Assembly (NCBI GenBank): GCA_965205605.1
Contig: CBDBHE010000007.1
Span: forward strand, 288,001-352,000
Origin: Spirochaetota bacterium
GTDB lineage: Bacteria > Spirochaetota > UBA12135 > COTS27 > CBDBHE01
DNA length: 64,000 nucleotides
Reading direction: 5' to 3'
The notes beneath the pieces were generated by a model. It was given only the letters and a program-made list of their open reading frames with translations, was not told the origin of the DNA and searched no databases. The position numbers were made by a program, and so were the translations under genes. Shown here piece after piece: positions 38,264-48,731 of the stretch (position 1 is its first letter; each line of letters begins with the position of its first letter).

Positions 38264-40858
38264 ATGAAAAAAAAGACTTTATTAATTTTATTGGTAATGT
38301 TGATGTTTTGGCTAGAGGTTTGGAGTGCTGATAGAGAGCGAGAAAGGAGCGGAGTGATATTAAAACGAGGGGATAATTTTTTTAAGGAAGTTTATTTAGA
38401 AGGTACACTTGAGGTTTTTTTAGAGAACAGGGTTGACTTTGGGACGGTTCAAAATGAGACGGTGGGGGGGCTTAGTGAGAGTGAGCGGTATGTATTTTCG
38501 CTAAGGGGAGGAGGGTATGTTTGGAATCAATTTTTTTATCAAGGCTTTAATATCACTGATAGCTTGATTAGTGGCAGTAGTTTGTATAAGCTTTTTCTTT
38601 TTGACAAGAGGTTGGAGATTAATGGGTCGAAGGGGCACTTTTCAATCGAGGACGATTTTTTGGGGGGAAGCGAATGGAGGATAGAAGGGCAGGTTTCTCC
38701 TTTTGGGGAGCGATTTTTTTTAGCGGATGCTTGGACGAGAGAGCTTGGAGGGTATTCTTCGGTGTATGAGAGGGAGGGCAATTTACTAAAGGACGAGGGG
38801 AAGAGGAGGGGACGAGTACCGTTTAGTTTTTCAGGGATGGTGAGGAAGGTGTTGAAGAGAGGTGGTGAGGAAAGGAATGAGGCAGGAGGAGGGAATGGGA
38901 GAGGGAGAGGAAATAATTCAGTAAGTGTGTTTGAAATGAGTTATCTTGAGATGAGGCGAGAGTTAAGAGAGATTGATTTTAGAGGGGAGGAGGGACGATA
39001 TGAGAGTGGGTTTAGGCGATTGGGGGGACGGTTTGAAAAGAAGTGGACTAGTGGAGTGGGGGAAGGGGCTAGTGAGTGGCACTTAGGGCAATTATTTTTG
39101 GTGAGTGAGAATGATAATTTTGATTCTTATTTAGGGCTGGATAAGAGGGAAGGGAGAAGGTTAGGAGGTGGGACGTGGAGTAGTTTTTTAAAGGGGAAGA
39201 AAGGAGGGTGGGAAGGCACTGGGGGAGTGAATGTGTCTTATAAGAGATTTGAAGGGCAAGTGGGAGGAGAAGGAGGAGTAAGTTATAATGTTTTTGATTT
39301 AGGGGGAGAGAGGGTGGGGTCTTTTTTATCTCCTTTGTATGAAGGGGTGAGTGTGTCGGTTCCTTTGAAGGTAGAGCTTGATTTAGAGGGGAAGGGATGG
39401 ATGAGGGGGACGAAAATAGTTTTAGATTCGAAGGATGATTTTATTTTCACATTTCCGGTTGTGAGGCGACGAACGCATGGGGTGTATTTTGAAACGGAAG
39501 AGGAACGTTTTTCACTTTACGCTAGGAGGGAGGTGTTGAGGGAAAGTGAGAGTTGGTTAAGTCATCGGTCTTTAGGGATAAAGGGATTTATGGATTGGTT
39601 TAAGGATAGGTTTTTTATGAGTGCGTGGGAGGTAGCGATGGAGGGGAGTGGGTTTATAATTAGAGGGGAGGAGAGATTATTTTTTATGAACGCGAGTTTT
39701 GAATTAAAAAACAGCTTTAATTTCAGCGATATTTTTGAAATTGAAATTGATATTGGGAAAAAGAACATTGGTTTAGAGAGCAAAACGATGTTATTTTTTT
39801 CCGACTCTTTTTCATCGAGTGAGAGTTATTACTGGGCGGATAAGAACGACAATCAAAGAGTAGAAGAAGGAGAAGTAAGTGAGAAGGTGTTTGATACGAG
39901 CGGAGGGAGATGGCATCGACTGAGGGAAGATTTAAGACAACCGTATTTGTTGTATTTGGAACTTCCTTTGAGGGTGAGGGCGAGTGAAGCGATTGGTTTT
40001 GAGTGGGGATTTTCTTACCGTTCGTTTAGGGACTTGTACTGGGTGAGTTACAAGGAAGATGAGAGGGAGGTAGGGTTTTTTGAAACCGATGAAGAAGGAA
40101 GGGAGTGGTATTTTTTAAAGGAAGGGGAGAAGGTCTATGAAGTGGGTAATTTTAATTTAAATGAAGGGTTGCTAAAAGAAAGGGTGAGTGAAGAAGAGTG
40201 GCCCAGGGGTCATTTTTTTTTAGAGCATCCTTTTTATTTATCGATGAGGCTTGGGCTTGATTATGAAAAGGAAGACATTAGGGCTGGGATTAGTTTCACG
40301 GCATTTTTAGTGATGATGATAAACAGCAGGGGAAATGGGGTAGGTTATCAAAGCTTGGGCTTACTTTCAGAACAAACGGCAAACCCAAACGGGTATCGAT
40401 TTTCAGCGGGCAGAGGAGATGCTGATAGGGGGTATTTTATGAAAGCGTATTATTACCATAAAATCAATTCGCATTTTTCTAGCAGCTGGACTCTCAAGTA
40501 TCGAGACGGACAACCTTTTGGGGTATCTGAGAGTCGAGTCAAAGAAACGGCTCTTGTGGGGGGAGGAAAAGGGAGGCAAGTGAGTTTTCAAAGAAGTAAT
40601 GTGCATGGAGACAATATTTTCAATGGTAAGTTTGGCAGGAGAGAAGACTCTCACTGGGATTTAAGTGGGCGCTTTAGAGTTTATTTTTTTAAAAGCAAAA
40701 AAAAGAATCTCAGTTTTTTTTTTTCTGTGGAAAACCTCCTTGACTTGGGGTCTGCTATCCTAGAAGACACGTTAAGGGAGGAGGGCAAAAAAAATCGACT
40801 TGCTCTCAAAGTAGAGCCGCCTAGGTCTGTTAGTGTGGGGTTAGAAGGGACTTTTTAA
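38264..40858 (+). CDS. Large outer-membrane beta-barrel (TonB-dependent receptor-like)
   Basis: Signal peptide; C-terminal FSVENLLD...PRSVSVGLEGTF signature; WADKNDNQ loop. Confidence 0.6.
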   Translation: MKKKTLLILLVMLMFWLEVWSADRERERSGVILKRGDNFFKEVYLEGTLEVFLENRVDFGTVQNETVGGLSESERYVFSLRGGGYVWNQFFYQGFNITDSLISGSSLYKLFLFDKRLEINGSKGHFSIEDDFLGGSEWRIEGQVSPFGERFFLADAWTRELGGYSSVYEREGNLLKDEGKRRGRVPFSFSGMVRKVLKRGGEERNEAGGGNGRGRGNNSVSVFEMSYLEMRRELREIDFRGEEGRYESGFRRLGGRFEKKWTSGVGEGASEWHLGQLFLVSENDNFDSYLGLDKREGRRLGGGTWSSFLKGKKGGWEGTGGVNVSYKRFEGQVGGEGGVSYNVFDLGGERVGSFLSPLYEGVSVSVPLKVELDLEGKGWMRGTKIVLDSKDDFIFTFPVVRRRTHGVYFETEEERFSLYARREVLRESESWLSHRSLGIKGFMDWFKDRFFMSAWEVAMEGSGFIIRGEERLFFMNASFELKNSFNFSDIFEIEIDIGKKNIGLESKTMLFFSDSFSSSESYYWADKNDNQRVEEGEVSEKVFDTSGGRWHRLREDLRQPYLLYLELPLRVRASEAIGFEWGFSYRSFRDLYWVSYKEDEREVGFFETDEEGREWYFLKEGEKVYEVGNFNLNEGLLKERVSEEEWPRGHFFLEHPFYLSMRLGLDYEKEDIRAGISFTAFLVMMINSRGNGVGYQSLGLLSEQTANPNGYRFSAGRGDADRGYFMKAYYYHKINSHFSSSWTLKYRDGQPFGVSESRVKETALVGGGKGRQVSFQRSNVHGDNIFNGKFGRREDSHWDLSGRFRVYFFKSKKKNLSFFFSVENLLDLGSAILEDTLREEGKKNRLALKVEPPRSVSVGLEGTF

Positions 40859-42051
40859 AACCCCAAGAGAAACTTTAAATCTTGGGTGTATTTTGTAAGA
40901 AGCTTTAGAGAAAGGTATTCATTTTTTTGGTGAGCTTGGCTAGGAAGGCCGAGTCCATAGTTAAGGGAGGGGATGGAGAAGTCGGTGAGTTGGGCGACGT
41001 CTGTCCAGGCTTGTTTAGGGTGAAGGGTGAGAGAGAGGTTGGTGATGGCTTTTTTGATGAAGGAGTCAAAAAAAGGCGAAGAGAGAGGGGTGGCTCCTTT
41101 AGTGTTGGAGACAATTTCAAGTTTCATGTTAGGGGGAGTTTTAATTTTTTTTAGGAAGGCTGTGAGAGAAAAAAAGGCTTGACGGGGAGTGAAAAAAGGA
41201 GCGTAGCGATAATTGACTCTCGCGGTAAACTTGTGGGGCAAGGTGGTGAAACTTTTGCCGATGCGATTAGAGTGAGCATGAGTGATTTGAAAGACTTCAA
41301 AAAAATCAAGGCCACCGACTTTAATTTTTTTAGGTTTTAGCGTTGAAAAAGCCTTTAAAAACGAAACCGCTTGATAAATCGCATTGCTTCCTTGCCAAGG
41401 CCTAGCCGAATGAGCTGACTTACCAAAAAACGTCATCTCAGCATGCAAGCTACCCAAAGCCCCTAAGTGAATCATCCCTTCGGTTGGCTCTCCCACGATG
41501 GCAAGGTTTACGCTTTTAAAAAAAGCTCGATGATTTCTCAGCATCGAATACAGCCCGTTGTCTTCTAATTTGGTGCCTTCTTCACGACTATAAAGCACCA
41601 CAGAAAGGCGGTAAGAAAGATGACGATACCTATTTTTTTGACACAAAAGCTCTAGCAAATGAAGGTACACCCCCACACTGCCTTTCATATCACTGGCCCC
41701 CCTGCCATGTAAAAAATCTCCTTTTACATACGACTTAAACCATTCTCCTACCACGTCCACATGCCCCACTAAAATCACATGCGGTTTCTTTTTCTTATCT
41801 TCCCTCTCACTTTCTTTAAACTCAACAATAAGACCATCGATTTCATTGCCCGTTAAAATCAGTTTTTCAAACACCTTTGCCTTCGACTTAAGTCGATTTT
41901 TTATAAACGTATAAAAAGGCTTTTCTTTATAAGTAGGGCTTTCAATATCCAACACTTGCTTGATGAGCTCCCCTAAAGCTTTTTCTTCTTTTCTCTCTAA
42001 AAGCGGTAATGGTTTTCCATTTTTTGTTTTTAAAGCTTGATAAACGGACAC
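40855..42051 (-). CDS. dapE: M20 peptidase, succinyl-diaminopimelate desuccinylase-like
   Basis: GHVDVV, GRGASDMKG, REEG, GEPT, AHSARPWQGSNAI, WTDVA, AHQKNE. Confidence 0.75.
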   Translation of the reverse strand: MSVYQALKTKNGKPLPLLERKEEKALGELIKQVLDIESPTYKEKPFYTFIKNRLKSKAKVFEKLILTGNEIDGLIVEFKESEREDKKKKPHVILVGHVDVVGEWFKSYVKGDFLHGRGASDMKGSVGVYLHLLELLCQKNRYRHLSYRLSVVLYSREEGTKLEDNGLYSMLRNHRAFFKSVNLAIVGEPTEGMIHLGALGSLHAEMTFFGKSAHSARPWQGSNAIYQAVSFLKAFSTLKPKKIKVGGLDFFEVFQITHAHSNRIGKSFTTLPHKFTARVNYRYAPFFTPRQAFFSLTAFLKKIKTPPNMKLEIVSNTKGATPLSSPFFDSFIKKAITNLSLTLHPKQAWTDVAQLTDFSIPSLNYGLGLPSQAHQKNEYLSLKLLTKYTQDLKFLLGF

Positions 42052-42057
42052 GGTTTC

Positions 42058-44499
42058 TTAATCTTTACCTAAACGGTCTTTTTTGGTTTCTTTCCCCTCA
42101 GAACTTCTTCTCTCGGAACTCCTTCCTTCAGAGTTTCTTCCTCGATCGGAACTTCTTTTTCCTTCTGAGCTCCACGTTTTAAAGCCTCGTCCCTCGGAAC
42201 TTCCTGTTTTAAATCTTCTTCCTTCAGAACTTCGTCCCTCAGAACTTCTTCTCTCGGAACTCCTTCCTTCAGAGTTTCTTCCTCGATCGGAACTTCTTTT
42301 TCCTTCTGAGCTCCACGTTTTAAAGCCTCGTCCCTCGGAACTTCCTGTTTTAAATCTTCTTCCTTCAGAACTTCGTCCCTCAGAACTTCTTCTCTCGGAA
42401 CTCCTTCCTTCAGAGTTTCTTCCTCGATCGGAACTTCTTTTTCCTTCTGAGCTCCACGTTTTAAAGCCTCGTCCCTCGGAACTTCCTGTTTTAAATCTTC
42501 TTCCTTCAGAACTTCGTCCCTCAGAACTTCTTCTCTCGGAACTCCTTCCTTCAGAGTTTCTTCCTCGATCGGAACTTCTTTTTCCTTCTGAGCTCCACGT
42601 TTTAAAGCCTCGTCCCTCGGAACTTCCTGTTTTAAATCTTCTTCCTTCAGAACTTCGTCCCTCAGAACTTCTTCTCTCGGAACTCCTTCCTTCAGAGTTT
42701 CTTCCTCGATCGGAACTTCTTTTTCCTTCTGAGCTCCACGTTTTAAAGCCTCGTCCCTCGGAACTTCCTGTTTTAAATCTTCTTCCTTCAGAACTTCGTC
42801 CCTCAGAACTTCTTCTCTCGGAACTCCTTCCTTCAGAGTTTCTTCCTCGATCGGAACTTCTTTTTCCTTCTGAGCTCCACGTTTTAAAGCCTCGTCCCTC
42901 GGAACTTCCTGTTTTAAATCTTCTTCCTTCAGAACTTCGTCCCTCAGAACTTCTTCTCTCGGAACTCCTTCCTTCAGAGTTTCTTCCTCGATCGGAACTT
43001 CTTTTTCCTTCTGAGCTCCACGTTTTAAAGCCTCGTCCCTCGGAACTTCCTGTTTTAAATCTTCTTCCTTCAGAACTTCGTCCCTCAGAACTTCTTCTCT
43101 CGGAACTCCTTCCTTCAGAGTTTCTTCCTCGATCGGAACTTCTTTTTCCTTCTGAGCTCCACGTTTTAAAGCCTCGTCCCTCGGAACTTCCTGTTTTAAA
43201 TCTTCTTCCTTCAGAACTTCGTCCCTCAGAACTTCTTCTCTCGGAACTCCTTCCTTCAGAGTTTCTTCCTCGATCGGAACTTCTTTTTCCTTCTGAGCTC
43301 CACGTTTTAAAGCCTCGTCCCTCGGAACTTCCTGTTTTAAATCTTCTTCCTTCAGAACTTCGTCCCTCAGAACTTCTTCTCTCGGAACTCCTTCCTTCAG
43401 AGTTTCTTCCTCGATCGGAACTTCTTTTTCCTTCTGAGCTCCACGTTTTAAAGCCTCGTCCCTCGGAACTTCCTGTTTTAAATCTTCTTCCTTCAGAACT
43501 TCGTCCCTCAGAACTTCTTCTCTCGGAACTCCTTCCTTCAGAGTTTCTTCCTCGATCGGAACTTCTTTTTCCTTCTGAGCTCCACGTTTTAAAGCCTCGT
43601 CCCTCGGAACTTCCTGTTTTAAATCTTCTTCCTTCAGAACTTCGTCCCTCAGAACTTCTTCTCTCGGAACTCCTTCCTTCAGAGTTTCTTCCTCGATCGG
43701 AACTTCTTTTTCCTTCTGAGCTCCACGTTTTAAAGCCTCGTCCCTCGGAACTTCCTGTTTTAAATCTTCTTCCTTCAGAACTTCGTCCCTCAGAACTTCT
43801 TCTCTCGGAACTCCTTCCTTCAGAGTTTCTTCCTCGATCGGAACTTCTTTTTCCTTCTGAGCTCCACGTTTTAAAGCCTCGTCCTTCAAACTCTTTTCCG
43901 CCTAAATCTTTTTCTTCTAAATCTTGTCCTTCTAAATCATCCCGATTTAAATCTTCGTCCCTCAGAACTTCTTCCTTCGGAACTTCTTCCTTCAAAGCTC
44001 CACGTTTTAAATCTTCGTCCCTCAGAACTTCTTCCTTCGGAACTTCTTCCTTCAAAGCTCCACGTTTTAAATCTTCGTCCCTCAGAACTTCTTCCTTCGG
44101 AACTTCTTCCTTCAAAGCTCCACGTTTTAAATCTTCTTCCTTCAGAACTTCTTCCTTCGGAACTTCTTCCTTCAAAGCTCCACGTTTTAAAACCTCGTCC
44201 CTCAGAACTTCTTCCTTCAGAGTTTCTTCCTCGATCGGAACTTCTTCCTTCAAAGCTCCACGTTTTAAATCTTCGTCTCTCAGAACTTCTTCCTTCAGAG
44301 TTTCTTCCTCGATCGGAACTTCTTTTTCCTTCTGAGCTCCACGTTTTAAACCTTCTTTCTTTACTTTCTCTAAGCTTTCTTTAGGTGAGTTTCTGGGGGT
44401 AGATGAATCATCTTTTGAAAAAAAAGAAGAATCCTTTTCACTAGATTCATTTGAAGATTCTCTTGAAAGTTCGTTTGAATCTGCTTTATTAAAGGTCAC
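42058..44499 (-). CDS. Low-complexity repeat protein (acidic block, then Ser/Arg/Gly block)
   Basis: 813-aa ORF ending 6 bp upstream of dapE; start and reading frame uncertain. Confidence 0.5.
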   Translation of the reverse strand: MTFNKADSNELSRESSNESSEKDSSFFSKDDSSTPRNSPKESLEKVKKEGLKRGAQKEKEVPIEEETLKEEVLRDEDLKRGALKEEVPIEEETLKEEVLRDEVLKRGALKEEVPKEEVLKEEDLKRGALKEEVPKEEVLRDEDLKRGALKEEVPKEEVLRDEDLKRGALKEEVPKEEVLRDEDLNRDDLEGQDLEEKDLGGKEFEGRGFKTWSSEGKRSSDRGRNSEGRSSERRSSEGRSSEGRRFKTGSSEGRGFKTWSSEGKRSSDRGRNSEGRSSERRSSEGRSSEGRRFKTGSSEGRGFKTWSSEGKRSSDRGRNSEGRSSERRSSEGRSSEGRRFKTGSSEGRGFKTWSSEGKRSSDRGRNSEGRSSERRSSEGRSSEGRRFKTGSSEGRGFKTWSSEGKRSSDRGRNSEGRSSERRSSEGRSSEGRRFKTGSSEGRGFKTWSSEGKRSSDRGRNSEGRSSERRSSEGRSSEGRRFKTGSSEGRGFKTWSSEGKRSSDRGRNSEGRSSERRSSEGRSSEGRRFKTGSSEGRGFKTWSSEGKRSSDRGRNSEGRSSERRSSEGRSSEGRRFKTGSSEGRGFKTWSSEGKRSSDRGRNSEGRSSERRSSEGRSSEGRRFKTGSSEGRGFKTWSSEGKRSSDRGRNSEGRSSERRSSEGRSSEGRRFKTGSSEGRGFKTWSSEGKRSSDRGRNSEGRSSERRSSEGRSSEGRRFKTGSSEGRGFKTWSSEGKRSSDRGRNSEGRSSERRSSEGRSSEGRRFKTGSSEGRGFKTWSSEGKRSSDRGRNSEGRSSERRSSEGKETKKDRLGKD
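42095..43885. repeat. 141-bp perfect tandem array, ~12.7 copies
   Basis: Unit recurs at 42101, 42242, ...; 47-codon period in the ORF translations. Confidence 0.97.
43946..44350. repeat. 60-bp-period repeats built from the same sub-motifs as the 141-bp array
   Basis: Lines starting 43981, 44041 and 44101 are near-identical. Confidence 0.9.
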
Positions 44500-44828
44500 G
44501 GGAGTATTGGTTTTTATTGATAATCGGTTTAAAGTTTTATTAGTTTTAGGCTTTATTAATGACGATTTTTTTTTAATTGATTTTTTTCAAAAAAAGATTA
44601 TTTTACTTACTTTTTTACTTACTTTATAAGATTATTTAAAATTATTTAAGATTATTTTATTTATTAAAACTTTATAAGAAAAAAAATACTTTTAAAAAGA
44701 AAGGTTCCACTTTACAATTAAACACTTAAACACTTAAACACTTAAACACTTAAAAAAAAAACAACTTGATTTTAACAAAAAAATAAGTTTACCATCAATT
44801 TTGATAATAAGTTAAGGAGTCAAAAAAA

Positions 44829-46772
44829 ATGAGCCAAGAAAACGAAAAACAAACAAAAACCATCAAAGCAGAAAAAGGACAAATTAGTGTCGACACTGAA
44901 AATCTCTTCCCCATTATTAAAAAATGGCTCTATAGCGAAGAAGATATCTTTTTAAGAGAATTGATTTCCAATAGTTTTGATGCCATCACCAAGCTAAATC
45001 AACTCAGTGATATGGGTGAATACAAAGGCAAGCTTCCAAACCCTCTCATCAACATTATCATCGACAAATCTAAAAAAAGCATTAGCATCATTGACACCGG
45101 TCTTGGCATGACTGGAGACGAAATTAAAAAGTACATCAATCAAATTGCTTTTTCAGGTGCTAAAGAGTTTATGAAAAAATACGAACAAACCAATAAAGAC
45201 ATGATCGGTCATTTTGGTCTAGGTTTCTTTTCATCCTTTATGGTCGCTGACAAAGTAGAAATTGAAACTTTATCTTATCAGAAAAATGCCACCGGAGTCC
45301 TTTGGCAGTGTGATGGGAGTACTTCCTTTACCATTGAGCCTCTGAACAAAAAGACCGATATCGGCACAGTCGTTCGCCTTCACCTAAACCCCCAAGCGGC
45401 AAAAATCTACCTTGAAGAACAAAAAATAAAAGACCTCGTTAAAAAGCATTCTAATTTCCTTCCCGTCACCATCCAAGTCAACGGTAAAAAAGAAAACGAA
45501 ATGCTAGGATTATGGGCAAAAAAACCTTCTTCCTTAAAAAAAGAAGATTATCAAGCTTTTTATAAAAAACTCTTTCCTCTTGAAGAAGAATCTCTTTTTC
45601 ACATTCACCTCAATGTTGACTACCCATTTAATTTAAAAGGTATCTTGTATTTCCCAAAGATTAAAACAGAAATCGATTTACAAACCAAAGGACGCATCAA
45701 GCTATTTTGTAATCACGTGTTTGTTTCTGACAACATTATTGATATCATTCCCCCTTATCTAAACCTCTTAAGGGGAGCTTTAGATAGCCCCGACATTCCG
45801 CTAAACGTTTCGCGTTCGTTTCTGAAAAAAGACCTAAAAGTCGAAAAAATTGGAAAGCACATCATTAAAAAAATTGCCGACAAGCTAAACGAACTTTTCA
45901 CTAAAGAAAGAAAAAAATATGAAGGCTATTTTAATAATATTCATCCTTTCATCAAGTTTACCATTTTAAGTGACACCGATTTCTTCGATAAAATTCAAAA
46001 AAGTTTCCTTTTTAAAACCATCAAAGACCAATTTTTAACCCTTGACGAACTCAAAGAAAAAAATCAAACTCAAAAAACTTTTAAAGACATCCTCATCTAC
46101 ACTTCCCATCAAGACAAGCAGCTCCCCTACATCACTCGCTACCAAGACCAAGTCTCTGATATCCTCGTCTTAGACAGCCCCTTGGACAATCACCTCATCG
46201 GGCAATTAGAAGCCAAACTTTCTCCTATCAAGTTTATGCGAGTTGACTCCAACTTTCACGAAGGAGCCCCTAGCCCTAAAGACAAAAAAAAAGAAGACCC
46301 CCAAGAGGAAAAAACCTTAAAAGAAGCTTTTAAACTCGCTCTTGAAAATGACAACCTAAACATTGAAATCAAAACAGACCCCAAGGGGACTTTTGCCCTT
46401 ACCTTTGTCCAGTCTGAGCAAATGAGACGATTTAGCGATATGTCTAGTTTAATGGGAAACAGCTCTTCTACCAGCTTCCCTTTACCAAAAACCTTAGTCA
46501 TAAACGACCATCACCCCATGATTAAAAAGCTTTCCCAAACTCTAAAAACAACCCCCTCTCAAACAAACAAAACAGAAAAAACAATCCCTAATAAAAAAGA
46601 AAGTGAAAAAAAAGAAGCAGAAAAAAAACCCTCTCTTTCTCTTTCTCCTTCCTTTAAACAAGCCGTCCTCACTCTTTATGACATTGCTTTACTCGAGCAA
46701 AATGACCTTAAAGGACAAAACTTAGAAAACTTCACCAAGCGTATCCTAGGGGGACTTGAAAAAACGTTTTAA
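44829..46772 (+). CDS. htpG: Chaperone HtpG (Hsp90)
   Basis: IFLRELISNSFDA, DTGLGMT, IGHFGLGFFSSFMVA, DIPLNVSRS. Confidence 0.96.
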   Translation: MSQENEKQTKTIKAEKGQISVDTENLFPIIKKWLYSEEDIFLRELISNSFDAITKLNQLSDMGEYKGKLPNPLINIIIDKSKKSISIIDTGLGMTGDEIKKYINQIAFSGAKEFMKKYEQTNKDMIGHFGLGFFSSFMVADKVEIETLSYQKNATGVLWQCDGSTSFTIEPLNKKTDIGTVVRLHLNPQAAKIYLEEQKIKDLVKKHSNFLPVTIQVNGKKENEMLGLWAKKPSSLKKEDYQAFYKKLFPLEEESLFHIHLNVDYPFNLKGILYFPKIKTEIDLQTKGRIKLFCNHVFVSDNIIDIIPPYLNLLRGALDSPDIPLNVSRSFLKKDLKVEKIGKHIIKKIADKLNELFTKERKKYEGYFNNIHPFIKFTILSDTDFFDKIQKSFLFKTIKDQFLTLDELKEKNQTQKTFKDILIYTSHQDKQLPYITRYQDQVSDILVLDSPLDNHLIGQLEAKLSPIKFMRVDSNFHEGAPSPKDKKKEDPQEEKTLKEAFKLALENDNLNIEIKTDPKGTFALTFVQSEQMRRFSDMSSLMGNSSSTSFPLPKTLVINDHHPMIKKLSQTLKTTPSQTNKTEKTIPNKKESEKKEAEKKPSLSLSPSFKQAVLTLYDIALLEQNDLKGQNLENFTKRILGGLEKTF

Positions 46773-46800
46773 TTTCTTTTTTGTGCAAAGCTCTCTTAAT

Positions 46801-48294
46801 TTAGAGATGCTTTTTTTTAGAAGGGAGTGTTTTTTCTTTTTCTAAAAGAGGAGATGACGGTTTCAAAAAAAAACGAGCTAAATTGAGTAGGGTTTGTTTT
46901 TCATTGAGAGAGGGTTCGTCGAGGACTTTTTCAAGGAGATGGTTTAAAATAAAGCCAATGGTTTTAGAAGGCTTTAAAGAAAAAGTCTTGATAAGGTCGT
47001 GACCACTCAAGTCTAAATCAGTAATTTTAAGAGCATTTTCTTCCAAGAGGCATTTAGCAATTCGTTTTTTAAACGCTTCGATTTGGGGGCAAGTTTTTAA
47101 ACGCAAGCCATTGCCCATGCGATCAGCTTGCCTGAGTAAAAACAAAGACTCAAGGTTTTCTTCGCCCACTCGTTTTAAAAATCGTCTCACCGCCCCGTCA
47201 CTCCATTGCTCGGTGTAATGAAACATGTGATTTGCAATGAGGTGAGAGGTTTTTCGGATTTGGTCTTTTGAAAAACAAAGGCGCCTCATCACCTTAGTCG
47301 CTACTTTTGCCCCGATGATTTCGTGATTGTAAAAAGTGCATTCGGCTTCGGTTTTCCCTGGTGAAATGCGTTTACAACTTGGCTTGGCAATGTCATGAAA
47401 AAGAGCACTGAAACGCAAAACTAAATCATTTTCACTAGGTAAAAAACTTTTAAGGACATGGAGCGTATGATGATACACGTCATATTTGTGATATTTATTT
47501 TGCCTCACCCCAATGGTTTTATCAAGCTCAGGGAGGATTTTCTTTAGTAAGCGAGTATCACGCATCACCTCAATCCCCAAGTCAGGGTAAGGAGCGGTCA
47601 GCATTTTGATTAACTCATCCCTTAGGCGTTCTTTAGAAATCATCTCGAGTAAAAACCCTTTTTCTCTCATCGCTTCTAACGTCTTTTTTTCAATCTCAAA
47701 GCCTAGCTTTGAAGCAAACCGACATGCTCTCATCATTCTTAATGCATCTTCTTCAAAACGTTTTTTCGGCTCCCCAATGGCTTTAATTTGTTGCTTGACT
47801 AAATCTTCCTTCCCTTTGAAATAATCCAACACCACCCCCTCAGTGATATCATAAGCAAAGGCGTTAATCGTAAAATCACGCCTTCTCAAGTCTTCGCTAA
47901 GGGTGCGGGAAAAAGTGACCCGATCAGGATGACGGTGATTTTTAAAAGCCGATTCACAACGATAAGTCGTCACCTCGTAAGATTGTTTTTCAATCAAAAT
48001 CGTCACCGTCCCATGCTTGACACCCGTGGGAATCGTCCGTTGAAAAAGACCCATCATTTGCTCTGGTAGTGCGCTAGTGGCAAAATCAAAGTCTCCTCTT
48101 AGATTGCCTTTCTTTTTTCCAACCCCTTCACCAACCCTTAAAGAAGAAGATGTACCCTCCTTGCTTCTTCCAAGTAAAAAATCTCGAACACTCCCCCCCA
48201 CAAGGTACAACTCAAAACCTCTTTTTTTAAAATTAGAATACAAAGTGTAAACTTCTTTAGGAAGAGGAATTTTAATCGATTCTTTTAATAACAT
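46801..48294 (-). CDS. cca: CCA tRNA nucleotidyltransferase with HD domain
   Basis: VGGSVRD, DFDFAT, EDLRRRDFTINA, EDALRMMRA, LFHDIAKP. Confidence 0.88.
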   Translation of the reverse strand: MLLKESIKIPLPKEVYTLYSNFKKRGFELYLVGGSVRDFLLGRSKEGTSSSLRVGEGVGKKKGNLRGDFDFATSALPEQMMGLFQRTIPTGVKHGTVTILIEKQSYEVTTYRCESAFKNHRHPDRVTFSRTLSEDLRRRDFTINAFAYDITEGVVLDYFKGKEDLVKQQIKAIGEPKKRFEEDALRMMRACRFASKLGFEIEKKTLEAMREKGFLLEMISKERLRDELIKMLTAPYPDLGIEVMRDTRLLKKILPELDKTIGVRQNKYHKYDVYHHTLHVLKSFLPSENDLVLRFSALFHDIAKPSCKRISPGKTEAECTFYNHEIIGAKVATKVMRRLCFSKDQIRKTSHLIANHMFHYTEQWSDGAVRRFLKRVGEENLESLFLLRQADRMGNGLRLKTCPQIEAFKKRIAKCLLEENALKITDLDLSGHDLIKTFSLKPSKTIGFILNHLLEKVLDEPSLNEKQTLLNLARFFLKPSSPLLEKEKTLPSKKKHL

Positions 48295-48332
48295 TTCTTT
48301 TGCTTAAAAAGAAAAAAAAAAAAATTTGCCGT

Positions 48333-48731
48333 TTATCGTTTTGAAAATTGAAAAGATTTTCTGGCTTTTTTATGACCATACATTTTTCTTTGTGTTTTTC
48401 TAGAATCTCGAGTAAGAAGACCATTTTTTCTAAGAAGAGGCCTTAGATTGATTTTACTCTGCAGTAAAGCCCTAGAAATCGCTAAACTTAAAGCCTCTGC
48501 TTGAGCGCTCAAACCTCCTCCATCAACCCTCACAATCATATCAAATCTCGCTTGTTCCCCTGTCACTTCAAAAGGACGATTGATTTTAAAAATCAAGCTT
48601 TTTCGCATAAAGTAAACCTCTAAAGACTTTCCATTACAAAGTATTTGCCCAGTGCCTTGTTTAAACCGAAGGCGAACAACCGCTGTTTTTCTACGACCAG
48701 TCGTTGTTTGATAAGGAGATTTTTTTTTCAT
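48333..48731 (-). CDS. rpsI: 30S ribosomal protein S9
   Basis: TGRRKTAV, GGGLSAQA, LLTRDSR, ARKSFQFSKR. Confidence 0.97.
   Translation of the reverse strand: MKKKSPYQTTTGRRKTAVVRLRFKQGTGQILCNGKSLEVYFMRKSLIFKINRPFEVTGEQARFDMIVRVDGGGLSAQAEALSLAISRALLQSKINLRPLLRKNGLLTRDSRKTQRKMYGHKKARKSFQFSKR

Noticed and set aside
42095-43885. CRISPR array
   Set aside because: Units are contiguous and identical with no unique spacers; no cas genes in the window
42083-44335. 750-aa plus-strand ORF (SELLP repeats)
   Set aside because: Most simply an antisense shadow of a stop-free repeat; no RBS or context support
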